A stretch of DNA of 64,000 nucleotides. Source: Acutalibacteraceae bacterium (GTDB taxonomy: Bacteria > Bacillota > Clostridia > Oscillospirales > Acutalibacteraceae). Below the pieces are notes generated by a model that saw only the letters and a list, made by a program, of their open reading frames with translations, was not told the origin of the DNA and searched no databases. Below are positions 1 to 10,226 of this stretch, in pieces. Location of the stretch: assembly GCA_045536815.1 (NCBI GenBank), contig JAZSOH010000025.1:1-64000 (forward strand), given 5' to 3'. Every line of letters begins with the position of its first letter. Position 1 is the stretch's first letter. A program made the translations under genes and the position numbers.

Positions 1-309
1 ATTACTATTCTTGTGTCAACGGTTTGCGGCTTTATGATGATGACCGTGTTAGCGTTTTTTGTTCGTATGGTAATGTAGCTTAAAAACGTCGGTAACCTTG
101 ATAACCGTAACGCACTAGGTGTTTCGGGTAAGGTTTACCTCACTGTACCCGCTAACAGAAAGGGCGAAGGAAAGATAAATGTTATGTTGCAAGGCTCGTT
201 TGTTGAGCGCGATGCCGTGACTGACGAAAACGAGGATATCCCTACAGGATGTGAGGTTGTTGTTACGGGTGTAAGTGGGCAAACAACCTTGGTAGTTAAT
301 CGTAAATAA
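1..309 (+). CDS. NfeD-like membrane protein, C-terminal fragment (5' end outside window)
   Basis: Open frame from position 1 to TAA at 307-309. C-terminal OB-fold-like tail (…VVVTGVSGQTTLVVNRK). Sits immediately upstream of a flotillin gene, as in nfeD-floT operons. Confidence 0.55.
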
Positions 310-348
310 GAACTAAATGTTCTTAAATAAATTTATGGAGGTTTAATT

Positions 349-1782
349 ATGGAGTCAGGAGTAATTTTTTTAGTTTGTGCAATAGTTTTGATATTATTGT
401 CATTCGTCATCTGGGCATGTTCACGTTATAAAAAATGCCCTTCCGATAAGATTATGGTAATCTACGGTTCTATCGGTAAGAATAAAGACGGCACAAACCG
501 AAGTGCAAAGTGTATTCACGGTGGTGCTGAATTTGTAATACCGGTGTTCCAGTCATATCAGTTCTTGGATTTGACGCCTATTTCTATTCAGGTAGACCTT
601 AAAAATGCACTTTCAAGACAGAATATCCGTATAGATGTACCTTCTCGGTTTACGGTAGGTATTTCTACCGAACCTGGCGTTATGCAAAATGCGGCAGAAC
701 GTTTATTAGGTTTGCAACTTTCTGAAATTCAGGAGCTTTCAAAGGATATAATTTTTGGTCAGTTGCGTTTGATAATTGCTACTATGGATATCGAGGAAAT
801 CAATACCGACCGCGATAAGTTTTTAGCGGCTGTAAGCAGTAATGTTGAAACAGAGCTTAAGAAAATTGGTCTGCGTTTGATAAACGTAAACGTTACCGAC
901 ATAAGTGATGAATCTGGCTATATTGCGGCTCTTGGTAAAGAAGCTGCAGCTAAAGCTATAAATGATGCTAAGAAAAGCGTTGCGGAGCAGGAGCGAGATG
1001 GTTCAATTGGTGAAGCAAATGCACAAATGGACCAGCGAATTAAGGTTTCTGAAGCAGACTCTATTGCTATTCAGGGTGAAAATGAAGCGAAAATGAAGAT
1101 AGCAATGTCTGAAGCGGCACTTAAGGAAAAAGAAGCAGAAGCACAGAAAATTGCAACTACAGCCGAAAAAATTCAAGCGGCAAAAGCTTTGGAAGAATCA
1201 TACGCGGCAGAACAGGCCGCAGAAGAAGCACGTCGTTCCCGTGAACAAGCCACCTTAGAAGCAGATATTATCGTTCGTACCGAGGCAAAAAAACGTCAGC
1301 TTGAATTAGAAGCAGAGGCGGAGGCCGAACAGATTCGCCGTAAGGCAAAGGGTGAGGCCGATGCTATATATGCTAAAATGGAAGCCGAAGCACGTGGTGC
1401 CGAAGAAATACTTAAAAAGCAGGCTGCAGGTTTTGCGGAAATTGTTAAGTCTGCAGGTGGCGACCCACAGGCTGCACTCAAACTTTTAATTGCGGATAAG
1501 CTTGAAGATTTGATGCGTGTTCAAGTTGATGCTATTAAGAACATAAAAATTGATAAGGTTACTGTTTGGGACAACGGACAGAATAAAGACGGAAAGAATG
1601 CTACAGCAGGATTTATTTCCGGCATGATGCAGTCTGTACCGCCTTTAGAAGAGGTTTTCTCTTTGGCGGGAATGCAGCTTCCCGAAATTTTGGGAAAGAA
1701 AAAGGAAGAAACAGATGTTGCACCGGCAAAAATAGCCCAGCATTCGATTGAAGAGATCGAGCCCGAGCAGGAAGAACAATAA
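349..1782 (+). CDS. floT: flotillin-like SPFH/band-7 protein
   Basis: 477 aa. N-terminal TM segment, SPFH domain, then a long Ala/Glu/Lys-rich coiled coil (EAEAEAEQIRRKAKGEADAIYAKMEAEARGAEE). RBS GGAGG lies upstream of the ATG. Confidence 0.85.
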   Translation: MESGVIFLVCAIVLILLSFVIWACSRYKKCPSDKIMVIYGSIGKNKDGTNRSAKCIHGGAEFVIPVFQSYQFLDLTPISIQVDLKNALSRQNIRIDVPSRFTVGISTEPGVMQNAAERLLGLQLSEIQELSKDIIFGQLRLIIATMDIEEINTDRDKFLAAVSSNVETELKKIGLRLINVNVTDISDESGYIAALGKEAAAKAINDAKKSVAEQERDGSIGEANAQMDQRIKVSEADSIAIQGENEAKMKIAMSEAALKEKEAEAQKIATTAEKIQAAKALEESYAAEQAAEEARRSREQATLEADIIVRTEAKKRQLELEAEAEAEQIRRKAKGEADAIYAKMEAEARGAEEILKKQAAGFAEIVKSAGGDPQAALKLLIADKLEDLMRVQVDAIKNIKIDKVTVWDNGQNKDGKNATAGFISGMMQSVPPLEEVFSLAGMQLPEILGKKKEETDVAPAKIAQHSIEEIEPEQEEQ

Positions 1783-1976
1783 TTGTAAATGTTCATGATT
1801 CTTTAACCGTCGCTAACAAAAGATGGTGTATTAAATTTTAAAAGCATTTGCGATTATTCCGAACTTGTAACTTTGGAAATTATTTTCATAAGTTACAGTT
1901 TCTTCATCAGAGGGAGCCAAGGGCGATTTGTCCCTAATTTAACGCAAGCATATAATATACCCAAGGCGGTGATGAT

Positions 1977-3095
1977 ATGAAAAAATTAGTATGTTTATTG
2001 TTGGTTGTAGTTCTTGTGTTTAGTTTTTCTGCTTGTGGTATTGAGGAAAAGCCGACAAGTAATACGGAAACGTTAAGCAATACAGAAACATCGGGCAATA
2101 CAGAAACGTCGGGCAATACAGAAACATCGGGCAAGACGGAAACATCTAGCAAGACAGAAACATCTAGCAATACAGAAACATCTAGCAAGACGAACAGCGA
2201 TTCATCATCAAATTCAGTATCATTAAATGAAACGCCTTTTGACAGCAGTACACAAAATCCCAACATCGACAGTGATGTGTCATCGTCAAATAATACTGAA
2301 ACAAGTAGTTCAAAATCATATCAAATTTTGCCTGGAATAACAGATATGACACAAGAAGAATTAAGACCTAATTTTTGGTTGGGAAACAATAAAAAACTTT
2401 CGGATGATGTTCTTGTTGTTATATTATTTATTGATGATAATGAGAGCTATTGGGAAAAACAAGAAATTGATGATTTTACAGAAACAGCCATTAAACCGGC
2501 GTTAGCTTTTCTTGAAGATGAAGCAAAAAAACACAACAATAACCTGAAATTCAAAATTGAAAGCTTATCAAAATATAATACAAACAAGTCTTTAAAATAT
2601 GATGGTACGGTGAATAAAAATTTAAATGTGGGCGGTTCTTCAAAGGATGTATTAGACCAAGTTGCACAAAAATTAGGGTTTGAGAATAACTGGGATATAT
2701 ATTCTTATTATAAAAATCAACAGGGAGAAAATGATTTGATTTTTTTGAATCTGCTAAATAAAGACGGTATCTCGTATGCACGAAATTGCAATTCTATCGG
2801 ATATGCAGCTTATGCTGAGCATGCCGTTATCTTTAGAAGATATTTAGGTGAGGCAGTTCAAAAAGACAGGGCATCGACAGTTGCACATGAAATATTACAT
2901 CTCTTTGGTGCAGAAGATATGTATACAACATTTAGCAGAGAGTTATTAGCGACACAATTTTATTATAATGATATAATGCTGCTTTCACCGGATTTATCTA
3001 TATTAACATACTCTGTAGGAGATTTAACAGCGTACTCAGTTGGTTGGCATAATATACCACCGGAACTATGTTATAATGAGTTGTGGTGGCAATGA
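1977..3095 (+). CDS. lipoprotein with NTETSG tandem repeats and HExxH (HEILH) zinc-metallopeptidase-like motif
   Basis: Signal peptide plus lipobox (FSFSAC). Eight NTETS[GS] repeats. C-terminal domain contains VAHEILHLFGAEDMY. Confidence 0.6.
   Translation: MKKLVCLLLVVVLVFSFSACGIEEKPTSNTETLSNTETSGNTETSGNTETSGKTETSSKTETSSNTETSSKTNSDSSSNSVSLNETPFDSSTQNPNIDSDVSSSNNTETSSSKSYQILPGITDMTQEELRPNFWLGNNKKLSDDVLVVILFIDDNESYWEKQEIDDFTETAIKPALAFLEDEAKKHNNNLKFKIESLSKYNTNKSLKYDGTVNKNLNVGGSSKDVLDQVAQKLGFENNWDIYSYYKNQQGENDLIFLNLLNKDGISYARNCNSIGYAAYAEHAVIFRRYLGEAVQKDRASTVAHEILHLFGAEDMYTTFSRELLATQFYYNDIMLLSPDLSILTYSVGDLTAYSVGWHNIPPELCYNELWWQ
2061..2204 (+). repeat. tandem 18-bp repeats (aatacagaaacatcgggc variants) encoding NTETSG units
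   Basis: About eight consecutive near-identical 18-bp units read directly in the sequence, inside the CDS 1977-3095. Confidence 0.85.
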
Positions 3096-3385
3096 GAATA
3101 GTAGTACAATTGTTATGTGAAATTTCATAAAAAACTTCTTGTGGGTGAGAATAAAACGTTTCTAAAGCCAATAGGATATGGCTTAAAGAGTAAAAATTGA
3201 AAAATCCTCGGTTTTTGCCTAGTTCTTTTTTGGAAAGTAATAAGTAATAAGAACCTGACCCACCATCACAATTAAAATTGTGGGTGGGTGCCCAGAACCT
3301 TGTTACTCGCTTTGCTCGTAATATGTGAATAGTGAAGAAGTATTGCCCCTTTCTCGCTTTTATGCTATAATACACTTAAAGGTCA

Positions 3386-3847
3386 ATGATAATTATGAAA
3401 AAACTTTTTGTTCTTGTTTTAGTAGTGTTTGTAGTATTAATAAGTGGTTGTTCGGCTCCAACAGACAAAGTTTTGGAATCGTTAGGAGAATATAAGTCGG
3501 AACAGTATTTTACAAGTGGCGGTTTTCAGGATTATACCGACTATGCGAAATATACTTATGAAGATGTTGATTTTAGTGAAAATGGGTTTTTTAACAAGAT
3601 TTCATTCAATAGCTTAAAAGAGTTAACTGACCATATTGAAGATTTTGAAAAATGGGTTCAAGCTATAAAAGAGGCAGACCCTCAAAATGAAGTCGTTTTA
3701 AATTATGATTTTGATTCTTCTGTGATTTCTGATAACGATTATTTATACATTTATGACGATCCTGATTATCCTGAACTTGGAAATTATGATGTTTACCTTT
3801 TTGATATAGAAAAAATGACACTTTATTATTTTCACAATAATATATAA
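3386..3847 (+). CDS. hypothetical lipoprotein
   Basis: 153 aa with signal peptide and lipobox LISGCS. Promoter-like TTGCCC-17-TATAAT upstream. Confidence 0.55.
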   Translation: MIIMKKLFVLVLVVFVVLISGCSAPTDKVLESLGEYKSEQYFTSGGFQDYTDYAKYTYEDVDFSENGFFNKISFNSLKELTDHIEDFEKWVQAIKEADPQNEVVLNYDFDSSVISDNDYLYIYDDPDYPELGNYDVYLFDIEKMTLYYFHNNI

Positions 3848-3893
3848 AGAAAATCAGGTTTTAAGATCGATTACGTTTTGAGTGTTGGCTCCC

Positions 3894-3927
3894 AAAATCC
3901 CGTTCACGCAAGTGGGCGGGATTTTTA
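3894..3927 (+). terminator. rho-independent terminator
   Basis: aaaatcccg…cgggatttt stem followed by a T-run. Confidence 0.5.
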
Positions 3928-4082
3928 CTTTTTACTTATTCACTTTTAGTTATTACTTATATCAAACTCTTTATTGCCCTTATGACACGAAAAGTATCAT
4001 ATATGTTACGGGGAAAGGCTTTATTTTTCGTTTCTTTTTTGTTAAGTTTTAATTACAATTTAAAAGACAAAGGGGAATAAAA

Positions 4083-4754
4083 ATGAAGGCAAACTATAAA
4101 AGACCGCTTATTTTAAGCATTATATTTCTTTTTACATTTTGTGTATGGACAATACTTATTATGAAAGTTGGTGTAAAGGCGGTAGGAGTGAACGGTACAA
4201 GCATTGGTTTTGCAACGCTCAACACATTGTTTCACTCACTAACAGGATTCCATATGGGCCTTTACGTTATAACTGACTGGTTAGGCCTTGTACCGATATT
4301 TATATGCGTCGGATTTGGCATACTTGGTCTTGTTCAACTGACAAGAAGAAAAAGTTTATTTAAGATTGACCTTGATATTATTTTTCTTGGGATATATTAT
4401 ATTATTGTAATAACTTGTTATGTTATTTTTGAAATGATACCGATAAACTATAGACCTATACTTATAAATGGATTTTTGGAAGCTTCATATCCGTCATCAA
4501 CTACCTTATTGGTGCTAAGCGTTATGCCTACGGCGGTGTTTCAGGCAAAACGTAGGCTAACAAACATTTTTGCTCTTAGACTCATTACCATTATTACTAA
4601 AACTTTTTCGGCATTTATGGTGATTGGTAGGCTTATTTCGGGCGTACACTGGATTACTGATATTATAGGTTCGGTTTTACTTAGTGCGGGATTATATTTT
4701 GCATATGAATTTATTGTCTTGAAGACAGATAGAGGTATAAAAAATGGAATTTAG
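4083..4754 (+). CDS. PAP2-superfamily-like polytopic membrane protein
   Basis: 223 aa with multiple TM helices. SYPSS and GRLISGVHWITD resemble PAP2 phosphatase motifs. Confidence 0.45.
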   Translation: MKANYKRPLILSIIFLFTFCVWTILIMKVGVKAVGVNGTSIGFATLNTLFHSLTGFHMGLYVITDWLGLVPIFICVGFGILGLVQLTRRKSLFKIDLDIIFLGIYYIIVITCYVIFEMIPINYRPILINGFLEASYPSSTTLLVLSVMPTAVFQAKRRLTNIFALRLITIITKTFSAFMVIGRLISGVHWITDIIGSVLLSAGLYFAYEFIVLKTDRGIKNGI

Positions 4755-5355
4755 TGAAAAACTTCAGGAGTTTAGAAAAAGTAAAGGGCTCACCCAAGAA
4801 CAACTTGCAGATATTTTATACGTATCAAGAACAGCAGTTTCTAAATGGGAGTCGGGCAGGGGATACCCAAACATTGATTCTTTAAAAGAAATATCTAAAT
4901 TTTTCTCGGTTTCGGTGGACGAACTTCTATCGGGAGAAAAGTTACTGTCTCTTGCCGAAAATGAGAATAAATCAAACATAAGAAGCATATGTGATTTATT
5001 GTTTGGAATAGTAGATTTTTTATCGTTCCTTCTTATCGTATTGCCCCTATATCCCAACGCTGTCGGCGGATACGTTTATTCGGTTAACTTGTTATCTTAT
5101 CAAAACGCTGTTCCTACAACTATATTTTTTTGTTGGGTGCTATTTATTTTGCTTATTGCTTTAGGTATTGTGAAAATAATACTGACAAAAATAAATATTA
5201 AAAAAGGAAGTAAAAATTTAATAAAAATATCAGTAGCTGTCGCTATTTTTTGTGTGGTGCTTCTTATGGTTATGAGGGTGCCTTATGCGTCGGTTTTCGC
5301 GTTACTGCTACTTATAATAAAGGGCGGTATACTTTTAAAGTTAGTAAAGTTATAG
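4744..5355 (+). CDS. XRE-family HTH transcriptional regulator with C-terminal transmembrane domain
   Basis: N-terminal LTQEQLADILYVSRTAVSKWESGRGYPNIDSLKEISKFF HTH, followed by 3-4 TM helices. Confidence 0.75.
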   Translation: MEFSEKLQEFRKSKGLTQEQLADILYVSRTAVSKWESGRGYPNIDSLKEISKFFSVSVDELLSGEKLLSLAENENKSNIRSICDLLFGIVDFLSFLLIVLPLYPNAVGGYVYSVNLLSYQNAVPTTIFFCWVLFILLIALGIVKIILTKINIKKGSKNLIKISVAVAIFCVVLLMVMRVPYASVFALLLLIIKGGILLKLVKL

Positions 5356-5395
5356 TTTAAAATATAAGAGCCGGTTTGATATTTGTTTTATATAT

Positions 5396-5440
5396 AAAAA
5401 GACCTCGCAACGAATTGTTGCGAGGTCTTAGTTTATTTTA
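5396..5440. terminator. bidirectional rho-independent terminator
   Basis: gacctcgcaac-gaat-tgttgcgaggtc stem flanked by A-run and T-run, between convergent genes. Confidence 0.7.
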
Positions 5441-5442
5441 GA

Positions 5443-7455
5443 TTAGTGAGTTCTAAAATCGAGCTTGCCGAGAGGATATTCTTTTTCGACCATTTTTGCG
5501 AGTTCGGCAGTATCGGTAATGCCTGTTTTCTCGCTCAAAATGTGGCTGTAAAGAGTAATCCAAAGGTCAGAAAGGTCGGTGTCTGCCTCTTTCATATCCG
5601 GCATTTCAAATGAAGGATTAAGAATTTCGGCAGCTTCGTTGTATTTATCAATCTTCATAAGCGCAGATGCAAGATAAAGCTTGATACGACCGTCTTCGCT
5701 CATCTCTTTTGGAAGGGTGGCATATGTATCAATCCATTTCTGATACTCGCCCGCTGCAAGATAGGTTGTGGCGGTATCAAGCACGATGCTTCTGCAGTTA
5801 TTATTGATTTTAATTGCAGCTTCCATATATTTAACCGCTTTTTGTACGTCACCAAGTTCGTTACGCCAAATCATAGCGAGGTTACGGTTAACCCAAGCAG
5901 TTTCTTTAGTAGCCAAAGACTCTTCGAAGTATTTCTTGGCTTCGTCGAGAGCACCGTTTGCGTATTTCATAACGCCAAGGTGCATAAGGGAATACCAGTT
6001 GCGGTTTTCTTTATTCTCTAAGGCTTTTTCGAGTTTTTCTGCCCAAGCCTTGTCAACAAGGTAGCCTTCGGGAGCATAGGAGGTATCACGCTCAAGAGTA
6101 GCGCCGGTATCTAAAAGAAGCTGCCATTCTCTTTGAACTTCGGTCATTGAGAATTCGGGGAATTCAAACCAGTCGGAAATAGAAGGCTCGTTATTTTCGG
6201 CTCTTCTAAGATTTTCAAGAGCGCCCCAACCGGAGCCTGTGTTGATAAACTCACCCGGCTCGGCAGTTACAAGCTTGGCGGCCTCGAGGGTATTTTCCAT
6301 ACCGTTTTCGAAAATCTTTTCCATTGAAGCATCTGCTTCGTCAATAGCGCCAAACCAGTCGCCGTGGATTTTTTCCTTATCGGTGCTAATTGCGCCGTAG
6401 CCTTCAACCCAACTCCAAACGTCGCCTGCGGGCATAGGAATATGCTCAAGCTGTGTATGAGCAAGGCCGGCCTGAATTTCTACATAGCCGTCGTTAGTGC
6501 CGTCGGAAAGGAACTGATTCCAGTTACGTCCGCCGCCGCTTTGACCCCAAATAAAGAGTTTTCTACCAATAAGCTCTTTGGTGGAACACTGTAAAAGACC
6601 ATAGCCTTCATCATCAACGGCCACAATCCACTTTTTACTGCTTCTCGGAACATCAAAGAAGAAGTCAAGCGAACGGCCAAAGTTTGCGGGATAGCTAACG
6701 TCGGCATCAAATCCGTCGGGAAGTTTTCTCTTATCAAGTGTATAATGGTTGTTGCCGAAGAAGTTAATGAATGTATCACTTGCGGGGGCAACAACACGAG
6801 TTTTCTTAACCTCGGGAACTGCAATGTTTGACCACCAATACATCCAAACCTCTTTACCTGTGCGGTTTTCGATACGTGGCCTTATGTATAGCATTTTAGA
6901 ATCTTCAGGAAGCCAAGCATCATAACCGTATGCGCAACCACGGATACGCTCATACTCATAAATTCTAACACCTTCGCTGCCGTCAGACATCTTAAGCTTT
7001 CTTGCAAAAATAGAATCACAAGTGAAAGGATTGTGACCTTTAATTGAAACGTTGAATTCAACACCGCCGCTAAACCAAGCATTACGAAGAGCAAGGTTGC
7101 CGGGTTGGAAAACGGGGTTTCTATACAAAAGTTCTCTTTCTTTTTCTTTATCCCAAAGGGACCAAAGTCTACCACCGAGCTCGGGCAAAATAACAGCCTT
7201 TAAATATTTGTTTTCTAAAACAACAGCGCGGTAAACCTTATCTTTACGGTTTCTATCATAACCGTTTTGTTCACGGTAGGGAAGTAGAGTTGGAATCATA
7301 CCGTCACCGATATAACGCTTATCCTCTTCGGGAATAGCATCGGTAACTTCAATCTTAGCGTGAATATATGCATTGTTTTTAATATCGGGAAGTGGGTTCT
7401 CTTCACCCATACCCGCAGAAGGGATTACGTATGGTTCAACGTAACATTTTGACAT
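5443..7455 (-). CDS. DUF5107-like protein with C-terminal TPR repeats
   Basis: 670 aa. Large N-terminal domain plus C-terminal TPR-like helical repeats. Likely start is MSKCYV with an upstream GAAAGGAA RBS; the longer ORF runs to 7485. Confidence 0.65.
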   Translation of the reverse strand: MSKCYVEPYVIPSAGMGEENPLPDIKNNAYIHAKIEVTDAIPEEDKRYIGDGMIPTLLPYREQNGYDRNRKDKVYRAVVLENKYLKAVILPELGGRLWSLWDKEKERELLYRNPVFQPGNLALRNAWFSGGVEFNVSIKGHNPFTCDSIFARKLKMSDGSEGVRIYEYERIRGCAYGYDAWLPEDSKMLYIRPRIENRTGKEVWMYWWSNIAVPEVKKTRVVAPASDTFINFFGNNHYTLDKRKLPDGFDADVSYPANFGRSLDFFFDVPRSSKKWIVAVDDEGYGLLQCSTKELIGRKLFIWGQSGGGRNWNQFLSDGTNDGYVEIQAGLAHTQLEHIPMPAGDVWSWVEGYGAISTDKEKIHGDWFGAIDEADASMEKIFENGMENTLEAAKLVTAEPGEFINTGSGWGALENLRRAENNEPSISDWFEFPEFSMTEVQREWQLLLDTGATLERDTSYAPEGYLVDKAWAEKLEKALENKENRNWYSLMHLGVMKYANGALDEAKKYFEESLATKETAWVNRNLAMIWRNELGDVQKAVKYMEAAIKINNNCRSIVLDTATTYLAAGEYQKWIDTYATLPKEMSEDGRIKLYLASALMKIDKYNEAAEILNPSFEMPDMKEADTDLSDLWITLYSHILSEKTGITDTAELAKMVEKEYPLGKLDFRTH

Positions 7456-7669
7456 AAAAATCATTCCTTTCAACTTTAGGTCCATTCTAGGAACTCACCT
7501 AGCATACATACCTATATTTAATATACCTCAGAATGAGGTTTAAGTCAATGCATTTTAGCCTTAAATTTACATTTTTTATCCTTTTTTTCTTTTAGCGTTT
7601 GCGAGGAAGAACACGAAAAGAGAATTTTGTAGAAAAATACATATTTTTGATTAAAATTTTCTAAAACTA

Positions 7670-7698
7670 TTGCAAAATGTGAAGATATACTCTATAAT
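7670..7698 (+). promoter_or_regulatory. sigma-A-like promoter upstream of proS
   Basis: TTGCAA - 17 bp - TATAAT, then a short hairpin (agtac…gtact) plus T-run in the ~70-nt leader. No T-box motif found. Confidence 0.5.
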
Positions 7699-7768
7699 AT
7701 ATAGTTGTGAGATAGTACTCTAGGGTACTGTTTTTTGAGTTTATTATTTGACTGTAAGAGGGTTTAAA

Positions 7769-9205
7769 ATGGCTAATAACGAAAAAATGGTAAAAGATAT
7801 TACCGCAATGGACGAAGATTTTGCAAAATGGTACACCGACGTTGTTGTGAAGGCAGAGCTTATCGACTATTCAAGCGTCAGAGGCTGTATGGTTATTCGT
7901 CCTTACGGTTATGCTATATGGGAAAATATTCAAAGGCTTATGGACGGTATGTTTAAGGAAACAGGCCATGAGAATGTTTATATGCCTATGTTCATTCCCG
8001 AAAGCTTACTTCAAAAAGAAAAGGACCACGTTGAAGGTTTTGCACCCGAAGTAGCTTGGGTTACTCACGGCGGTAGTGAGCCGCTTGAAGAAAAGCTTTG
8101 CGTTAGGCCTACTTCCGAGACTCTTTTTTGTGAGCATTATAAAAACATAATTCATTCTTACCGCGATTTGCCGAAGCTTTATAATCAGTGGTGTTCGGTT
8201 GTACGTTGGGAGAAAACTACAAGACCTTTTCTACGTTCGAGAGAATTTTTGTGGCAAGAGGGTCATACAATTCACGCTACCGCAGAAGAGGCTAAGGCCG
8301 AGACGGTAAAAATGCTTAATGTTTATGCCGAGTTTTGTGAGAAATACCTTGCAATGCCGGTTGTTAAGGGTGTTAAGACCGCGAAGGAACGTTTTGCAGG
8401 CGCGCAGGACACCTATACTATTGAGGCGCTTATGCACGATGGTAAGGCTCTTCAAAGTGGTACGTCTCACTATTTTGGCGATGGCTTTGCCAAGGCGTTT
8501 GGTATTGAGTTTACAGGAAAGGATAATAAACCTAACACCCCTTTCCAAACCTCTTGGGGAACAACAACCCGTTTAATCGGCGCTATTATTATGACTCATG
8601 GCGATGATAACGGTCTTGTATTACCGCCTGCAATTGCACCTACACAGCTTGTTATTATTCCTATTGCTTCTCATAAACCCGGTGTATGTGAAAAGGCTGC
8701 CGAGCTTGAGGCAAGGCTTAAGGGCATTTGTCGTGTTACTACCGACAATCGCGACCAATCTCCCGGTTGGAAGTTTGCTGAGCACGAAATGAAGGGCGTT
8801 CCGCTTCGCCTTGAAATTGGTCCTAAGGATATCGAAAATAATCAGTGCGTTGTTGTTAGACGCGATAATAGAGAAAAATATTTTGTTAGTCTTGATGAGC
8901 TTGAGGCAAAGATACCTGAGCTTTTACAGGCAGTGCAAGACGGTCTCTATGAGAAGGCTTTAAATCGTAGGGAAACTATGACCTATGATGCAAAAACTTT
9001 AGAAGAGTTTTGCAGTATTGCCGACAATAAACCGGGTTTTATTAAGGCTATGTGGTGTGAGGATAGAGCTTGTGAAGATAAACTCAAAGAGGTTGCAGGT
9101 GTTACCTCACGTTGTATGCCTTTTGAGCAAGAAACCATTTCCGATACTTGTGTTTGTTGTGGGAAACCTGCTAAAAAACTTGTATATTGGGGAAAGGCGT
9201 ATTAA
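7769..9205 (+). CDS. proS: proline--tRNA ligase (short class II form lacking editing insert)
   Basis: [26 protein letters not shown]… class-II ProRS signature with C-terminal zinc-binding Cys motif. RBS AGAGGG before the ATG at 7769. Confidence 0.9.
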   Translation: MANNEKMVKDITAMDEDFAKWYTDVVVKAELIDYSSVRGCMVIRPYGYAIWENIQRLMDGMFKETGHENVYMPMFIPESLLQKEKDHVEGFAPEVAWVTHGGSEPLEEKLCVRPTSETLFCEHYKNIIHSYRDLPKLYNQWCSVVRWEKTTRPFLRSREFLWQEGHTIHATAEEAKAETVKMLNVYAEFCEKYLAMPVVKGVKTAKERFAGAQDTYTIEALMHDGKALQSGTSHYFGDGFAKAFGIEFTGKDNKPNTPFQTSWGTTTRLIGAIIMTHGDDNGLVLPPAIAPTQLVIIPIASHKPGVCEKAAELEARLKGICRVTTDNRDQSPGWKFAEHEMKGVPLRLEIGPKDIENNQCVVVRRDNREKYFVSLDELEAKIPELLQAVQDGLYEKALNRRETMTYDAKTLEEFCSIADNKPGFIKAMWCEDRACEDKLKEVAGVTSRCMPFEQETISDTCVCCGKPAKKLVYWGKAY

Positions 9206-9214
9206 GGTGATTAT

Positions 9215-10210
9215 ATGAAAAAGGTTATTTCTTTAATTCTTTCGCTTTTAACTATATTCAGTTTTGCCGCTTGTAAATCAAAAGACAGCGGTAAAGTTCT
9301 TGATTATGATTTAGATGAGTATATCACTCTTCCGTCTTATGATATTTTAGCTGTCGACGAAAACAGTAATGAATATAAGATGGGGCTTGAGTATAAAAAC
9401 TATTCTAATATTCAAAACACAGGCGTAACTTTTGAACACGAAGAATTAACCGAAGGTGAGGTTAAGCCAAACGATACGGTTAATATTGATTATATCGGTA
9501 AAAAAGACGGTGTTGCCTTTGATGGCGGCACTGCCAAGGGATACGACCTTACCATAGGTTCTTCCAGCTTTATTGAGGGCTTTGAACTTGGTCTTGTTGG
9601 TGTTAAGGTTGGCGAAACAGTTGACCTTAATTTAACCTTCCCTGAAAATTATAACGCTACAGAACTTGCCGGCAAGGATGTTATCTTTACTGTTACTGTA
9701 AATAGCATTAGCCGTCCTGTTATGCCTGAAATGACTGAGGAGCTTATAAAAAAGCTTGGCTTTACTACGGAAAATGAGTATAAGGAGAATTTAGTAAAAA
9801 CATATCTTTTAGATTTTGTTTGGTCTAAAACTGTTAGAAACACAAAGGTAATCAAATATCCTCAAAAAGAAATTGAGCAGTATATTGACGCTAATGTTGC
9901 TGCAATTTCGAGCGATGCAACAAATGCGGGGGTTACTCTTGAAGAGTATCTTTCAACCAACGGTCTTACAGAAGCCTTATATAGAGAGTATTTAGTAGAC
10001 TATGCAAGGTCGTTTATTTTACAAAAAATGGTTTTCTATAGCGTAGCAAGAAAAGAAGGTATTGAAGTTTCAAATAGCGAACTTAAAGAGCTTTTAGAGG
10101 AAGCCTATGGAAGCGATGATGTTACCGAAGACGATAAGAATTGGGTTTACGAAAAAGAGCTTCAGCAAAGAGTTTGCGAATTTTTGATTAGTAAAGCAAA
10201 TATTTCGTAA
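9215..10210 (+). CDS. trigger-factor-like FKBP-type peptidyl-prolyl isomerase lipoprotein
   Basis: Lipoprotein signal (FSFAACKS). Central region DYIGKKDGVAFDGGTAKGYDLTIGSSSFIEGFELGLVGVKVGETVDLNLTFPENY matches the trigger-factor PPIase domain. C-terminal TF-like helical domain. No ribosome-binding N-domain. Confidence 0.6.
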   Translation: MKKVISLILSLLTIFSFAACKSKDSGKVLDYDLDEYITLPSYDILAVDENSNEYKMGLEYKNYSNIQNTGVTFEHEELTEGEVKPNDTVNIDYIGKKDGVAFDGGTAKGYDLTIGSSSFIEGFELGLVGVKVGETVDLNLTFPENYNATELAGKDVIFTVTVNSISRPVMPEMTEELIKKLGFTTENEYKENLVKTYLLDFVWSKTVRNTKVIKYPQKEIEQYIDANVAAISSDATNAGVTLEEYLSTNGLTEALYREYLVDYARSFILQKMVFYSVARKEGIEVSNSELKELLEEAYGSDDVTEDDKNWVYEKELQQRVCEFLISKANIS

Positions 10211-10226
10211 TAATTAGGAGTATATA

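Noticed and set aside
2998-3375. 125-aa minus-strand ORF in the 3.0-3.4 kb intergenic region.
   Set aside because: Spans a hairpin and the promoter of the downstream lipoprotein gene. Overlaps the 3' end of the 1977-3095 CDS. No RBS. Likely non-coding.
7486-7768. Expected T-box riboswitch leader upstream of proS.
   Set aside because: No AGGGTGGNACCGCG-like T-box sequence or specifier-loop architecture was found. Only a promoter plus a short hairpin in a ~70-nt leader.
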